Source of the DNA: an uncultured delta proteobacterium
GTDB taxonomy: Bacteria; Myxococcota_A; Polyangia; Polyangiales; Polyangiaceae
Length of the DNA: 64,000 nucleotides
Assembly: GCA_963806225.1 (NCBI GenBank)
Contig: CAWDXG010000004.1
Coordinates: forward strand, 4,864,001 to 4,928,000
Direction: 5' to 3'
Shown: positions 37,934-48,162 of the stretch, piece after piece
How the letters are laid out: each line of letters starts with the position of its first letter
How positions within the stretch are numbered: position 1 is the stretch's first letter
Translations under genes and position numbers: made by a program
The notes under the pieces: generated by a model
Databases searched by the model: none
Told to the model about the DNA's origin: nothing
The model's input: the letters and a program-made list of their open reading frames with translations, nothing else

Positions 37934-39018
37934 CCGAACAGGCTCTTCAGTTTCTCGACGAACGAGCGCTGCTGGGGTTGCACCTCTTCGCCCAGCTCGT
38001 GGGCCAGCTCCTCGATGAGCTCCTGCGCGCGCGGCGTCACGTGCGAAGGTACCTCCACCGTGACCTCGACCAGCTGGTCGCCCCGTCCGCTTCGCAGCCG
38101 ATGCGCAATGCCCTTGCCGCGGATGCGCAGCACACTGCCCGGTTGGGTGGACGGCGGAATGCGGAGCTTCACCTTGCCGTCAAGCGTTGGAACCTCGACC
38201 TCGCCGCCGATGGCGGCCTGGGCGAACGTGACGGGGACCGCGCAGACGACGTTGTCGCCGTCGCGCCGGAAGAACGGGTGCGCAGCGACCTCCACCAGGA
38301 TCTCGAGATCCCCCGGAGGCCTGTCGGGGCGCGTGCGATTGCCGCCGCGGTCGATCGTGCGGCCGGCCCCGGACTCGATGCCGGCAGGGATGTCGATCTC
38401 GATCGTGCGCGTGCGCTTCTCGAGCCCGCTGCCCCGGCAGGTGCCGCAGGTCGTCGTCGGGATGCGGCCGCGCCCGTGGCACGTCGAGCAGGCGCGTTCG
38501 ACCGGAAGCGGGAACAGCCCCTGCTGGAAGCGGACGCGTCCGCGGCCTCCGCAGGCACCGCACACCTCGATGCGGCTCCCGGGCTCGGCCCCTTGCCCGC
38601 CGCAGTGCTCGCACAGATCCACCCGCTCGTAGGACAGCTCGCGCCGGCAACCGCGCGCTGCCTCGTCGAACTCGATCTTGATGCGCTTCTTCAGGTCGCC
38701 GCGGTCGCCGGTGCGGATGCCAAACGCGCCGAGGATGTCGCCGAAGATCCCGTCCAGGCTGCCCAGGTCGAAATCCATCGCGGGGCCGGCGCTGCCGGGC
38801 TGGAAGGCTGCAGCGCCGTAGCGGTCGAACGCGGCGCGCTTCTGCGGATCCGACAGGATCTGGTAGGCGGCGTTCAGCTCCGTGAAGCGCGCGTGGGCGT
38901 GCTCGTCCCCCGGGTTCCGGTCGGGGTGGTGGCGCGCCGCAAGGCGGCGGAATGCGGACTTGATCTCCGCATCCGAGGCTTTTCGCCCGACTTCGAGCAC
39001 CTCGTAGGGGTCGCGCAC
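37930..39018 (-). CDS. dnaJ: Chaperone DnaJ (class A)
   Basis: J-domain with HPD, four CxxCxGxG motifs, C-terminal domain (GGEVEVPTLDG, RGDQLV). Confidence 0.93.
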   Translation of the reverse strand: MRDPYEVLEVGRKASDAEIKSAFRRLAARHHPDRNPGDEHAHARFTELNAAYQILSDPQKRAAFDRYGAAAFQPGSAGPAMDFDLGSLDGIFGDILGAFGIRTGDRGDLKKRIKIEFDEAARGCRRELSYERVDLCEHCGGQGAEPGSRIEVCGACGGRGRVRFQQGLFPLPVERACSTCHGRGRIPTTTCGTCRGSGLEKRTRTIEIDIPAGIESGAGRTIDRGGNRTRPDRPPGDLEILVEVAAHPFFRRDGDNVVCAVPVTFAQAAIGGEVEVPTLDGKVKLRIPPSTQPGSVLRIRGKGIAHRLRSGRGDQLVEVTVEVPSHVTPRAQELIEELAHELGEEVQPQQRSFVEKLKSLFG

Positions 39019-39158
39019 CAGGGCTTGATACCACGGACTGCCCCGACTGGCGTGCGGGGGCCTGGGCCACCGGTAGAAGCCGCAGGAGGCGTGCCGGTGG
39101 CGTTCTGTTCCAGTTGGGGGCTTGGCCGCGCGCCCGGCGCCCGACTACTCTGGCGTCG

Positions 39159-39560
39159 ATGAGTTCCGATGACGACGACCGGCGCCGCCACGACCGCACG
39201 CCGATCGAGCTCAAGGTCGAGTACAAGCGCTTGAACACGTTCTTCGCGGACTACACGAAGAACATCTCGCGCGGCGGAACCTTCATCTCGACGCAGAAGC
39301 CGTTGCCCATCGGGACGGAGTTCATCTTCGCGCTGGGCGTCCCGCAGATGGATCAACCTCTGAGGCTCCGCGGCAAGGTCATCTGGATCACCCACCTCGA
39401 AGAGGCGAGCGGCGCCAACCCCGCCGGCATGGGCATCGAGTTCCAGTACACCGACGCCGAGGAGCGCCACGACAAGGAAGCCGCGGTCGAGCGCCTGCTC
39501 ACGGCAGAGTTCGGCGACCACCTGGCCGCCAAGCTGCTGGGCCGCAAGCCGCAGAGCTAG
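39159..39560 (+). CDS. PilZ-domain protein (myxobacterial TIGR02266-like)
   Basis: RRHDR (RxxxR) and NISRGG motifs; GKVIW...GMGIEF. Confidence 0.85.
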   Translation: MSSDDDDRRRHDRTPIELKVEYKRLNTFFADYTKNISRGGTFISTQKPLPIGTEFIFALGVPQMDQPLRLRGKVIWITHLEEASGANPAGMGIEFQYTDAEERHDKEAAVERLLTAEFGDHLAAKLLGRKPQS

Positions 39561-39582
39561 CCGCCAGAGCCGCGGCCCGGGG

Positions 39583-41805
39583 TTACGGGAGCTGCACGCC
39601 GCTCGGCAGCTGCAGGCCCAGCGAGCCGCGATGCTTCGACACCACGTCACGGGCGATCGCGACCTCGACCAGTTCGATGGCTGGGCTCTTGGCGACCTCC
39701 TCGAGGCGCGGCAAAGCCGCCGCGGAGTCGCCGCTGACCTGCTGCTGCATGGCAACGTAGAACTTGGCTTCGGTCTGCTGCACGGGGTTCTTCGCGGCGG
39801 CCAAAAGCCCCTTGTCGTCGAGCCTGCCGCGCGCCCAGTCCCTGAGCCTCGTGGGCCAGTACGACGACTCGTCGATGGCGTCGAAGGCCTGTTCGACCGT
39901 GCCGTCCTCCGACACCTTGAGCTTCTCTTCCAGCAGCTTGAGCCAAAGGGCCGCGTACACGAGATCCTCGTCGTCCAGGCTGGCATCGACGGCCTTCTGC
40001 ACTGCCTTGCGCCCGGAGCCGAGGTCGTCCCGCAACAGCGCGCGGCGCGCCGCGTCGAGGATCGTGGCCGCGAGCTGGGAGCGGTTGCTGCGCGAGGCCT
40101 CGTAGGCCCGCTCGGTTGCGTGCCGTGCGGCTCGCGTGTTGCCGTACAGGTCGAGGATGCGTGCCAGCAGGCGTTCCGCCACGGCCTGGTCGGCAAGCGA
40201 GTGGGCGAGCTTGCGCGCGTCGAGCGCCCGCACGAGGGCGGTGGCGAGCGCAGAGCGGGCTTTCGCGCTCTGCCCCTTGTCGCGCTCGATCTCGAACGTG
40301 CTCAGCCAGGCGTCGGCCTCATCGGCGCGATCGCCGGTCTTCGCGGCCAGCTGGATCACCTGCTTCAACGACTCGAGCGCCTGATCCGTGGAACCACGCT
40401 GGCGGTCGATCGCGGCGAGCAGCTTGTAGCACCCGACCGAGGGCTGCTCCTTGACCGAGGCTTCCAGCTCGGGGCGCGCCTGCGCGAGGGCGCCGGCTTG
40501 CGTTTCCAGCGCTCCCATCACGTAGTGCAGCCGCGCGGCGCTGGGCCGCACCCGGCCCACCATCTGCTTGGACTCCGCCAGACGCAGGATCGGCCGGGCC
40601 GCGGCGAATGCGCGCCGGACCGCTGCGTGCTGGCCGATGTCGTCCTCGGCGATCATCGCCTGCAGCACCAACGCCATCGCGCTGCCGAGATCGTTGGCGG
40701 AGGGCTTGCTGCCGAGCGCACCGGCGAGCACCAGCGGCGCCGCTTCGGCCATCCCGTAGTGCAGCATCAACCCGGCGAGCGCCATGGCCGCCTGCGGCGA
40801 GCCGGGCTGGCTCCGGTACAGCTCGAGCGCGGAGCCCCACGCCGCGGCGCGCGCCAGATCGGCGTCCAGACCGGTTTCCGGTCGCTCGGAGGCGACCGCC
40901 GACTGGAACAGGTGGTAGAGATCGGTCCACGCGGCAGGGTCGTCGTCCTCTGCGGCACGCTGCAGACGGTCGCTGAGCCCCGGTGGCACGACCCGCGACA
41001 GGTCGGCCTTGTCGACGGCATCGAGCGCGCCCGCCGCGTCGCCGTTGCGAAGATAGAGCGCGACCAGGGCCGCACCGCCTGCGCGGATGGCGTGGTACGC
41101 CTCGATCGCCTCCTCGCGATCGAAGTTCGAACGGATGGGCACGTCGGCGGCGTTGAAGGAGAGCGCCTTCTGGACCCAGGCGACCGTCGCTTTGTGCGCG
41201 GCGTCCATCGTCGGCTTGCTGGGGGCAAACAGCGCGCGCTCGATCGCCGTGCGCTGTCTCGAGCCGGCCGCCTGCATCGGACCCGAGCCCGCCGCAATTC
41301 GATCCCACTTGGCCAGCGCGGCGAGGTGCCCTTCCACGTCCTTGCGCTGTGGACCCGGCGGCAGCACCCGTTCGAGCGTCTTGTACAGAGCGAAGGCGCG
41401 ACCCTCGTTGCCGACGCGCGCCACTTCGCGCGCGCCATCGGACAAAGCGTCGCTCGCGTGCTCGAACATCTCGGCGTGCAGCTCGCCGGTGCGGACCAGG
41501 TACAGCGCGCCGGTCAGCGCGGCCAGCCCCGCCTTGGCGTGCCCGCTGTCGAAGCGCTGCTTCGCGCGCTCAAGCTGCCTCTGCACGACACCGACCAGCA
41601 AATCGGTCCGTTTGGGGTTGCGCTCGCCGGAGATCAACACCTGGTAGGTGCTCGCGGCAAAGTCGGCGTCGCTGACCGCCACTGGATGCACCGGCGCGGT
41701 CGTTCCGTTGGCGCCGGGGCTCTTCGGGCCGGTCTGGACCGCCGGGCCGCACACGTTCACCCCGGCCAGCAGGGCGATCAGCGTTCCCACGGCTATGGCT
41801 CGCAT
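39583..41805 (-). CDS. Secreted all-helical TPR-like protein with an NlpI-like C-terminus
   Basis: Signal MRAIAVGTLIALLAGVNVC; Ala/Leu-rich helices; YAALW...YWP...EAKFYVA. Confidence 0.7.
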   Translation of the reverse strand: MRAIAVGTLIALLAGVNVCGPAVQTGPKSPGANGTTAPVHPVAVSDADFAASTYQVLISGERNPKRTDLLVGVVQRQLERAKQRFDSGHAKAGLAALTGALYLVRTGELHAEMFEHASDALSDGAREVARVGNEGRAFALYKTLERVLPPGPQRKDVEGHLAALAKWDRIAAGSGPMQAAGSRQRTAIERALFAPSKPTMDAAHKATVAWVQKALSFNAADVPIRSNFDREEAIEAYHAIRAGGAALVALYLRNGDAAGALDAVDKADLSRVVPPGLSDRLQRAAEDDDPAAWTDLYHLFQSAVASERPETGLDADLARAAAWGSALELYRSQPGSPQAAMALAGLMLHYGMAEAAPLVLAGALGSKPSANDLGSAMALVLQAMIAEDDIGQHAAVRRAFAAARPILRLAESKQMVGRVRPSAARLHYVMGALETQAGALAQARPELEASVKEQPSVGCYKLLAAIDRQRGSTDQALESLKQVIQLAAKTGDRADEADAWLSTFEIERDKGQSAKARSALATALVRALDARKLAHSLADQAVAERLLARILDLYGNTRAARHATERAYEASRSNRSQLAATILDAARRALLRDDLGSGRKAVQKAVDASLDDEDLVYAALWLKLLEEKLKVSEDGTVEQAFDAIDESSYWPTRLRDWARGRLDDKGLLAAAKNPVQQTEAKFYVAMQQQVSGDSAAALPRLEEVAKSPAIELVEVAIARDVVSKHRGSLGLQLPSGVQLP

Positions 41806-42006
41806 TGGCGGGAGTCTACACGCCGGCGGCCGCCGTGCACGGTCCACCGACGCTTTCCGGGCCGATTCCTGCGGAGATCGCGCCCTCGGTTCCGGCGCGA
41901 CCGCTTCCGGCCCGGAGGTTGGCCCCGCGCTTCATCCGGCGTTTTCCGGTACGGCGTCGCCGCGCTAACGTAGGGCAGCCGCCGGGCAGGGCCGGGCGGT
42001 CCCATC

Positions 42007-45000
42007 ATGGCCGATTCTTCTGCCCGCCCCGTACCGAAGCGCCTGGCCGACTTCGAGATCATCCGGCGACTCGGCGTCGGTGGCATGGCCGAGGTGTTCC
42101 TTGCGAAGAAGCGCGGCGCGGAGGGCACGTTCAAGCTGCTCGTGGTCAAGCGCATCCTTCCGGCGCACGGCTCCTCGCGACGCTTCAGGGCCATGTTCGC
42201 CGAGGAAGCCCAGCTGGCCACCCGGCTGAACCACCCCAACATCGTGCAGGTCTACGAGTTCCAGGACTACGGCGACGAGGGACAGCTCCTCAGCATGGAG
42301 TACGTGGAGGGGCCGGACCTCCGCAAGCTGGTGCGGTCGGCGCAGTCGAAGGGGATGCGCCTTCCGCCGTACGCGGCGGCGTACATCATCGCCGAGCTCG
42401 CCAAGGGACTGCACTACGCGCACGAGCGCAAGGACGAGGGCGGCGCGCCGCTGGAGATCGTGCATCGCGACGTATCGCCGCAGAACATGCTCTTGAGCTT
42501 CGAAGGGGCGGTGAAGGTCGCCGACTTCGGCATTGCCTCGGCCAACCTGTTCCGCGAGGAACCCGGGGTGCTCAAGGGCAAGACAGCCTACATGTCGCCG
42601 GAGCAGGCCCGCGGCGAGAAGGTGGACCGGCGCACGGACATCTACTCGCTGGGCGTGGTCTTTCACGAGATGCTCACGGGCCGGCCGCTGCACGGCGCCG
42701 CCGACGGGCCCGAGTTGCTCGAAGCGGTCCGCGGTGGCCAGGTGGAGCCGCCCAGCACCTTCGCTCGCGAGATCCCTCCCGAGCTCGAGGCGATCATCAT
42801 GCGCGCGCTGGCGAGGACCCCGGACGAGCGGTTCCAGACGGCGCGCGAGATGGCCGCGGCGATCACCCGCGTGCTGTTCCAGAAACAGCAGCTGGTCGAT
42901 TCGCACGTGCTCGAGACGATCATCTCGCAGCTGGTCAGCCGCGAGCACACCTCGCCGGGCGTGGAACAGCCCGCCGAGGGCAGCCAGTTCGAGGAAGAGG
43001 GTCCGGACGGCTACGACGCCGGCGCCAGCGCGTCGGTGTCCGAGGGCGAACCCGAGGTCTGGCGCGACGAGGCGACGGGTCCCGGGCGCCCGATGCGTCC
43101 GCGGGGCCTGCTGAACCGCGCCGGTCGCGAGGTCCGCCACGTCGCGGTCGTGATGCTGCAGCTGCACGGCCTGGAGGAGCTCGAGCAGGCGATCGGCGCG
43201 GGCGGCGCGGTGCGTTTCGCCGAGCAGCTCCGCGCCATCCTCGACGAGATCGCGTTCAAGCGCAGTGCCCGCTGGACGTGGGAAGCGAGCGCGGCGTCTG
43301 CCGCGAGCGAAGCGCCGGGCGTGCTCTCGACGGCGCGCGCCGTCGTCGGTCTGATGGCGAATCCCGCGCGCGCTGCCGCGGACGCTGCCTGGCTCGCCGT
43401 CGACGTCCACGAAGCCATCCAGGGCGCGTGCGACGATCTACCGGTCGAGCTCCAGGCGAGCGTCGGCATCGTTCGCGGCATTGCCACGGGGCAACGCGAC
43501 AAGGCCGGCCACCTCATCGACCACACGCTGCAGGAGCCGGCCCATCACCTGGCCGGGCTGCTGGGCGAGCACGCGCCAGCCGGCGTCACCTGGGTTGCGG
43601 GCGGTCTGTACCGGCTGGTGCGGCGCGATTTCGTCTGGGGCGACGCGCCCACCATCGAGGTGGACAACGCCGAAGCGCGGAATCTGCCGCGCAACATGCG
43701 CATCTATGCGCTGCTCAGACCGCTGACCCGGGAAGAGAAGCTGCAGGAGATGGCGCTCGCGCCGAGCGATCTGATCGGGCGCGACGCCGAGCTGGCCGAC
43801 CTGCACGCGGCCTACCACCGGGCCGTGACGCCGGGCCAGAACGGCGGGCTCGGCCAGGTGACCGCGCGCGTGGTGCACGGCGAGATGGGCATCGGCAAGA
43901 CCGCGTTGGTGTCGACCTTCCTGTCCGAGCTTCCGCCGGACGCGCGCGTGCTGCGGGTCGAATGTTCCCCCGCCCGCAGCGAGCTGCCGTTCGGCAACGT
44001 CGCCGAATGGGTGCGTGAGCTCACCGACACGCGCGAGAACCAACCGCTCGAAGAGGCCAAGCAGCTCATCATCGACGTGTTGGGCGATTTCGCGACCGGG
44101 CGGAACGGCTCCGAGATCGTGACGCGCATGGCGGAGCTCGTCACCGGTCGCGTGGCTGCGGCGTCCGACGAGGCGGACGTGGAGCACAACCGCAGGCTCG
44201 TCTCCGGCGGCGTGCGTCGCTTCTTCGCGCGGGCAGCGGTCGAGTCCCCGCTGGTCGTGATGATCGAGGGGCTGCAGTGGAGCGATCGCCCCAGCCTGGA
44301 GCTGCTTTCCGAGCTGCTGAAGCGCGCCGACCCGCTGCCCATCCTGGCTATCCTGGTGACGCGACCCGACGACACCATCGCTTCGTATATCGAGGGGATG
44401 GTGCGCATCGAGCTCAAGGGTTTGAGTGCAGACAACCAGGTGCGCCTGCTGCAGGCGCGGCTCGGCGCCAGCCAGGGCGTTGCCCAGGTGTGCGCCGATC
44501 TGCTCCCGCGCGCGGCGGGCAATCCGTTCTTCCTGCTGGAAATGGTCGATGCGTTGCTGGAACGCGGCACGCTCGAGATCCGCGAGCGCGACGACGGGAG
44601 CCACGAGCTCTGCCGCGTCGAACGTCCGGGCGGCGCGGCGCAGGCGCTTCCGTCGACGCTCGAGCAGCTGATTGCGGATCGGCTCAACGAGCTGCCCGAG
44701 GAGGAGCAGGCCATTGTGGAGTGGCTTGCGGTGGCTGGTGGTCCAATCAAGAACCGCGACCTCGCCGTGCTCAACGGCGAGGGCAGCGACGAGCCCGTGG
44801 CGCGACTGTGCGCACGCGGTCTGTGCGACGACAAGGGCGATACCGTGGACGTGCGCCACCCGCTGACGCGCGACGTCGCCTATCTCGCGCTGGATCGCGA
44901 GGAACGTGCGCGCATGCACCGTGCGCTCGGCGAGCATCTCGCCGGCACGCCGCTGGCCAAGGGACTGACCGCGGCGATCGTGGGTCGGCATCTCGCCCGT

Positions 45001-46515
45001 GGACGTCAGCCGGGGAGGGCGGCGGACCTGTACCTGGAAGCGGCGTCCACCGCCCGCAGCAGCTACCAGACGCAGCTGGCGCGGCGTTACTACCGCCGCG
45101 TCATCTCGCTCCTGCCGGACGACGACCTCAGACGCCTGGAAGCGCACGAAGCGCTCGAAGCCGTCTCCCGCATCCAGGGACGCTGGCGCGAGCGGCGCCG
45201 GCATCTGGTCGCGCTCCGGCAGCTCGCGCGCAAGAGCGGAAAGCCGCGCTGGGTCGCGACGGCGCTGCTGCGCACCGCCCGCATCGAGCTCGAGGCGGGG
45301 CGGCTGGCGCGCGGCCTCACTTCCGCGCAGCGCGCCGAGCAGGTGGCCAGCCAGGCCGGCTCCTCGGTGCTCGAGCTCCAGGCGCAGCTGCTCATGGCCG
45401 AGATGCTGCGCGACCTCGGCGACATGCAGGGCGCGCTGGCCGCCTGCGACCGCGCATTGGAAACCACCTCGCAGGCCGGCGTTTCCGCGCGGCTGAGGGC
45501 GGAGGTGCTGCGCGCCCGGGGCACGCTGCTCAGGCGCGTGGGCCGCGTCGACGAGGCAGTCGAGGCGCACGCCGAGGCGATCGCCGTCTTCCGCCAGGTT
45601 GGAGCGCGCCGTATGGAGGCGCGGGCGAAGAACTCGCTCGCCTTCGCCATGTTCGTGCTCGGGCGCTTCGAGGACGCGATCGCGCTGGCGCTCGATGCGA
45701 TCCGGATCGACCTCGCGATTGGCGGTCGCTTCCAGATCGCCAAGACCTTGAGCAACATCGGCCAGTCCTACGCCCGCCTCGGCGACAGCGATCGCGGCCA
45801 GGCGTACCTCAAGCGCGCGCGCGACGCCCACGAGCGCTACGGCGACCAGGATGCGCGCGCCGACACGCTGCTGGCGACGGCCGAGGTGCTGGTGGAGTGG
45901 GGCGACATCGCGGCGGCCGACACCATGGTCGGCGACGCAGGCGCGCTGATCGCCGTCACCGGCAGCGCCTACGACTCGGTGCACGAGAAGATCATGCGGG
46001 CGCTTCTGGCACGTGCTTCGGGCGACCCCGGCGCAGCGGTGATGCACGCCTTCGATGCCCGGCAGGCCGCCGAGGCGCAGGCCTATGTGGCGTATCACTT
46101 CTACGCAATGGCGGTGGAGGCGGCGGCGCGCGTCGACATCGGCGAGCACCACACCGGCATCCTGCTCGCCACCACCGCGATGGGCGCGATCGAGACCGTG
46201 CAGGGATCGGAGTACGGCCTCGAGACCCGCGCGCTGTGCTGCGAAGCCATGCAGAACGCCCATTCCCCACAGGGGCGCAACCTGTGCCAGCGTGCCGCGG
46301 AGCACGTCTACCATCTGCTCGAGTCGATCCGCGATCCGGATCTGCGTCTGATGTTCGTCAAGCGCCCGACGGTGGCCCGGCTGCTGGCGAACACCGACGG
46401 CTCGGCCGAGCGGGTGGCAGAGGTGCTGCGCGGCGCGCCCGCCGCCGGGCTCCGTGACCAGGGCGCGGAAAGCGTGCGTCCGGACGTCGAAAAAGGTAGT
46501 GTGTCGCCCTCGTGA
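42007..46515 (+). CDS. Ser/Thr kinase - degenerate cyclase-like region - STAND/AAA ATPase - TPR protein (1502 aa)
   Basis: Kinase: GVGGMAEV, HRDVSPQN, DFG, YMSPE. NTPase: GRDAEL, GEMGIGKT, VMIEGLQWSD, GNPFF. TPR repeats. Confidence 0.92.
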   Translation: MADSSARPVPKRLADFEIIRRLGVGGMAEVFLAKKRGAEGTFKLLVVKRILPAHGSSRRFRAMFAEEAQLATRLNHPNIVQVYEFQDYGDEGQLLSMEYVEGPDLRKLVRSAQSKGMRLPPYAAAYIIAELAKGLHYAHERKDEGGAPLEIVHRDVSPQNMLLSFEGAVKVADFGIASANLFREEPGVLKGKTAYMSPEQARGEKVDRRTDIYSLGVVFHEMLTGRPLHGAADGPELLEAVRGGQVEPPSTFAREIPPELEAIIMRALARTPDERFQTAREMAAAITRVLFQKQQLVDSHVLETIISQLVSREHTSPGVEQPAEGSQFEEEGPDGYDAGASASVSEGEPEVWRDEATGPGRPMRPRGLLNRAGREVRHVAVVMLQLHGLEELEQAIGAGGAVRFAEQLRAILDEIAFKRSARWTWEASAASAASEAPGVLSTARAVVGLMANPARAAADAAWLAVDVHEAIQGACDDLPVELQASVGIVRGIATGQRDKAGHLIDHTLQEPAHHLAGLLGEHAPAGVTWVAGGLYRLVRRDFVWGDAPTIEVDNAEARNLPRNMRIYALLRPLTREEKLQEMALAPSDLIGRDAELADLHAAYHRAVTPGQNGGLGQVTARVVHGEMGIGKTALVSTFLSELPPDARVLRVECSPARSELPFGNVAEWVRELTDTRENQPLEEAKQLIIDVLGDFATGRNGSEIVTRMAELVTGRVAAASDEADVEHNRRLVSGGVRRFFARAAVESPLVVMIEGLQWSDRPSLELLSELLKRADPLPILAILVTRPDDTIASYIEGMVRIELKGLSADNQVRLLQARLGASQGVAQVCADLLPRAAGNPFFLLEMVDALLERGTLEIRERDDGSHELCRVERPGGAAQALPSTLEQLIADRLNELPEEEQAIVEWLAVAGGPIKNRDLAVLNGEGSDEPVARLCARGLCDDKGDTVDVRHPLTRDVAYLALDREERARMHRALGEHLAGTPLAKGLTAAIVGRHLARGRQPGRAADLYLEAASTARSSYQTQLARRYYRRVISLLPDDDLRRLEAHEALEAVSRIQGRWRERRRHLVALRQLARKSGKPRWVATALLRTARIELEAGRLARGLTSAQRAEQVASQAGSSVLELQAQLLMAEMLRDLGDMQGALAACDRALETTSQAGVSARLRAEVLRARGTLLRRVGRVDEAVEAHAEAIAVFRQVGARRMEARAKNSLAFAMFVLGRFEDAIALALDAIRIDLAIGGRFQIAKTLSNIGQSYARLGDSDRGQAYLKRARDAHERYGDQDARADTLLATAEVLVEWGDIAAADTMVGDAGALIAVTGSAYDSVHEKIMRALLARASGDPGAAVMHAFDARQAAEAQAYVAYHFYAMAVEAAARVDIGEHHTGILLATTAMGAIETVQGSEYGLETRALCCEAMQNAHSPQGRNLCQRAAEHVYHLLESIRDPDLRLMFVKRPTVARLLANTDGSAERVAEVLRGAPAAGLRDQGAESVRPDVEKGSVSPS

Positions 46516-47782
46516 GCGACACTCCCGAGCGCAGAAGCCTGGCCATCATTCTCTCGGGAGGCGGCGCCCGCGGTGCCTACGAGACCGGCGTGCTCTGGTA
46601 CCTGTTCGACGAGCTCACGCGGATGCGCGGCGCGCCGCCCCCGGTGGACATCCTGTGCGGCACCAGCGTGGGCGCCATCAACAGCGCCTACCTCGCCGCG
46701 CACCTGAGCGATCCGGTGCTTGGCGTGCGGCGGCTGGTGGACGTGTGGAGCAGCATGCGGCTCGACGACGTGCTCGGCTTCGGCCTGCGCCAGGCCATGA
46801 GCCTGCCGCGGGTCCTGCTGGGAGGCGGCGACGGATCAGGCATCTTCGACGTGTCACCGATGGCCACACTTGTGCAACGCGAGATCCCGTGGCGCGCCAT
46901 CACGCGCACCATGCGCCAGGGCAAGCTCAGCGCGCTCAGTGTCTCGGCCACCGAAGTCTCGACCGGGCGCACCGTGATCTTCATGCAGACGGGGCCGCGC
47001 ACCTCGTTGCCCACCCGTGCGCCGCCGCGCACGCTCATTCGGGGCGACCGCATCGGGCCGCAGCACGCGCTCGCGTCGGCGGCGATCCCGCTGCTCTTCC
47101 CCCCGTCAAGATCGGCAGCCAGCTGTACGTCGACGGCGGCGTCCGGCAGAACACGCCGATCGCTCCTGCCATCCGTCTCGGGGCCACGCACGTGCTGGTC
47201 GTTGGCACCTCGCGTCTGATTCGCGGCGTGGCCCACTCCAAGCCGGAAACGGCAGCGCCCGGCGCGACCTTCCTGCTCGGCAAGATCATGAACGCGCTGC
47301 TGCTCGACCACCTGGACAACGACCTGGGCATGGTGAACCTCATGAACGACATCATGCTGAGCGGCGGCGCGGCCTATGGCGGGGACTTCACGGGCAAGCT
47401 CAACGACGCGGCGGTCATGCGCGGCGGGCACCAGTTCCGGCCCATCGAGACGCTGGTGATCCGCCCCACCGAGGGCATCGGCCAGATCGCGGCCGAGCAC
47501 ATCAAGAAGGGCAACCTGCGCGGCGGGCCGGTCATCACGCGGCGTCTGCTCAAGCTGCTCGATGTGGGCGTCTCCGACGATGCCGATCTGGCGAGCTACC
47601 TGCTCTTCGACGGCGGATTCGCGCGGCGCCTGGTCGACCTGGGCCGATCGGACGCGCATGCGCGGCGCGCCGAGCTGCTCGACTTCCTCGGTGCGGCCGA
47701 GGACGACGCGCCGCCGGCCATGCAGCCGCCCGATGCCGGAGGCTCCGGTTCGTGGACGCTGCCGCCGCCCGCGGTGGGGTAG
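46512..47782 (+). CDS. Patatin-like phospholipase (~423 aa), split by a 1-nt frameshift in a C6 run at 47099-47104
   Basis: GGGARG and GTSVG lie in one frame, LYVDGG in the -1 frame; GTGA overlap with the upstream kinase. Confidence 0.88.
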
Positions 47783-47800
47783 GGCGCGGGGCGAGCCCCG

Positions 47801-48109
47801 CTAGATGCTGCCGAGCGCGTCCTCGAGCTCGCCGAGCGCCTTGCCGTCGCCTTTCTGCCGCGCGAGCTCGATGCCCTGCTCGAGCCAGACGCGCGCGTCG
47901 TCGCCGCGGCCCGCCTCGATCAAGAGCTGCCCGGCCATCAGGTACATCGCCAGGTACGAAGGATCGGAGGTGCGGAGCTTGTCGAAGGTGGCGAGCGCGT
48001 CGTCCAGCCGCTGCTCCTTGCGGTATTCCATGGCCAGGGCGTACCAGGCGAACGAGTCCGCCTTTCCCGACGCGGTCATCTTCTCCAGCATCTCCAGCCG
48101 CTTGTTCAT
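47801..48109 (-). CDS. Small tetratricopeptide-repeat protein
   Basis: FAWYALAMEY...DPSYLAMYLMAGQLL...GIELA. Confidence 0.8.
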   Translation of the reverse strand: MNKRLEMLEKMTASGKADSFAWYALAMEYRKEQRLDDALATFDKLRTSDPSYLAMYLMAGQLLIEAGRGDDARVWLEQGIELARQKGDGKALGELEDALGSI

Positions 48110-48162
48110 GCCTGCAGGCTAGTGCAGCCCGGCGGGAGCTCAAGTGGTTACTCTCGGAGTGC

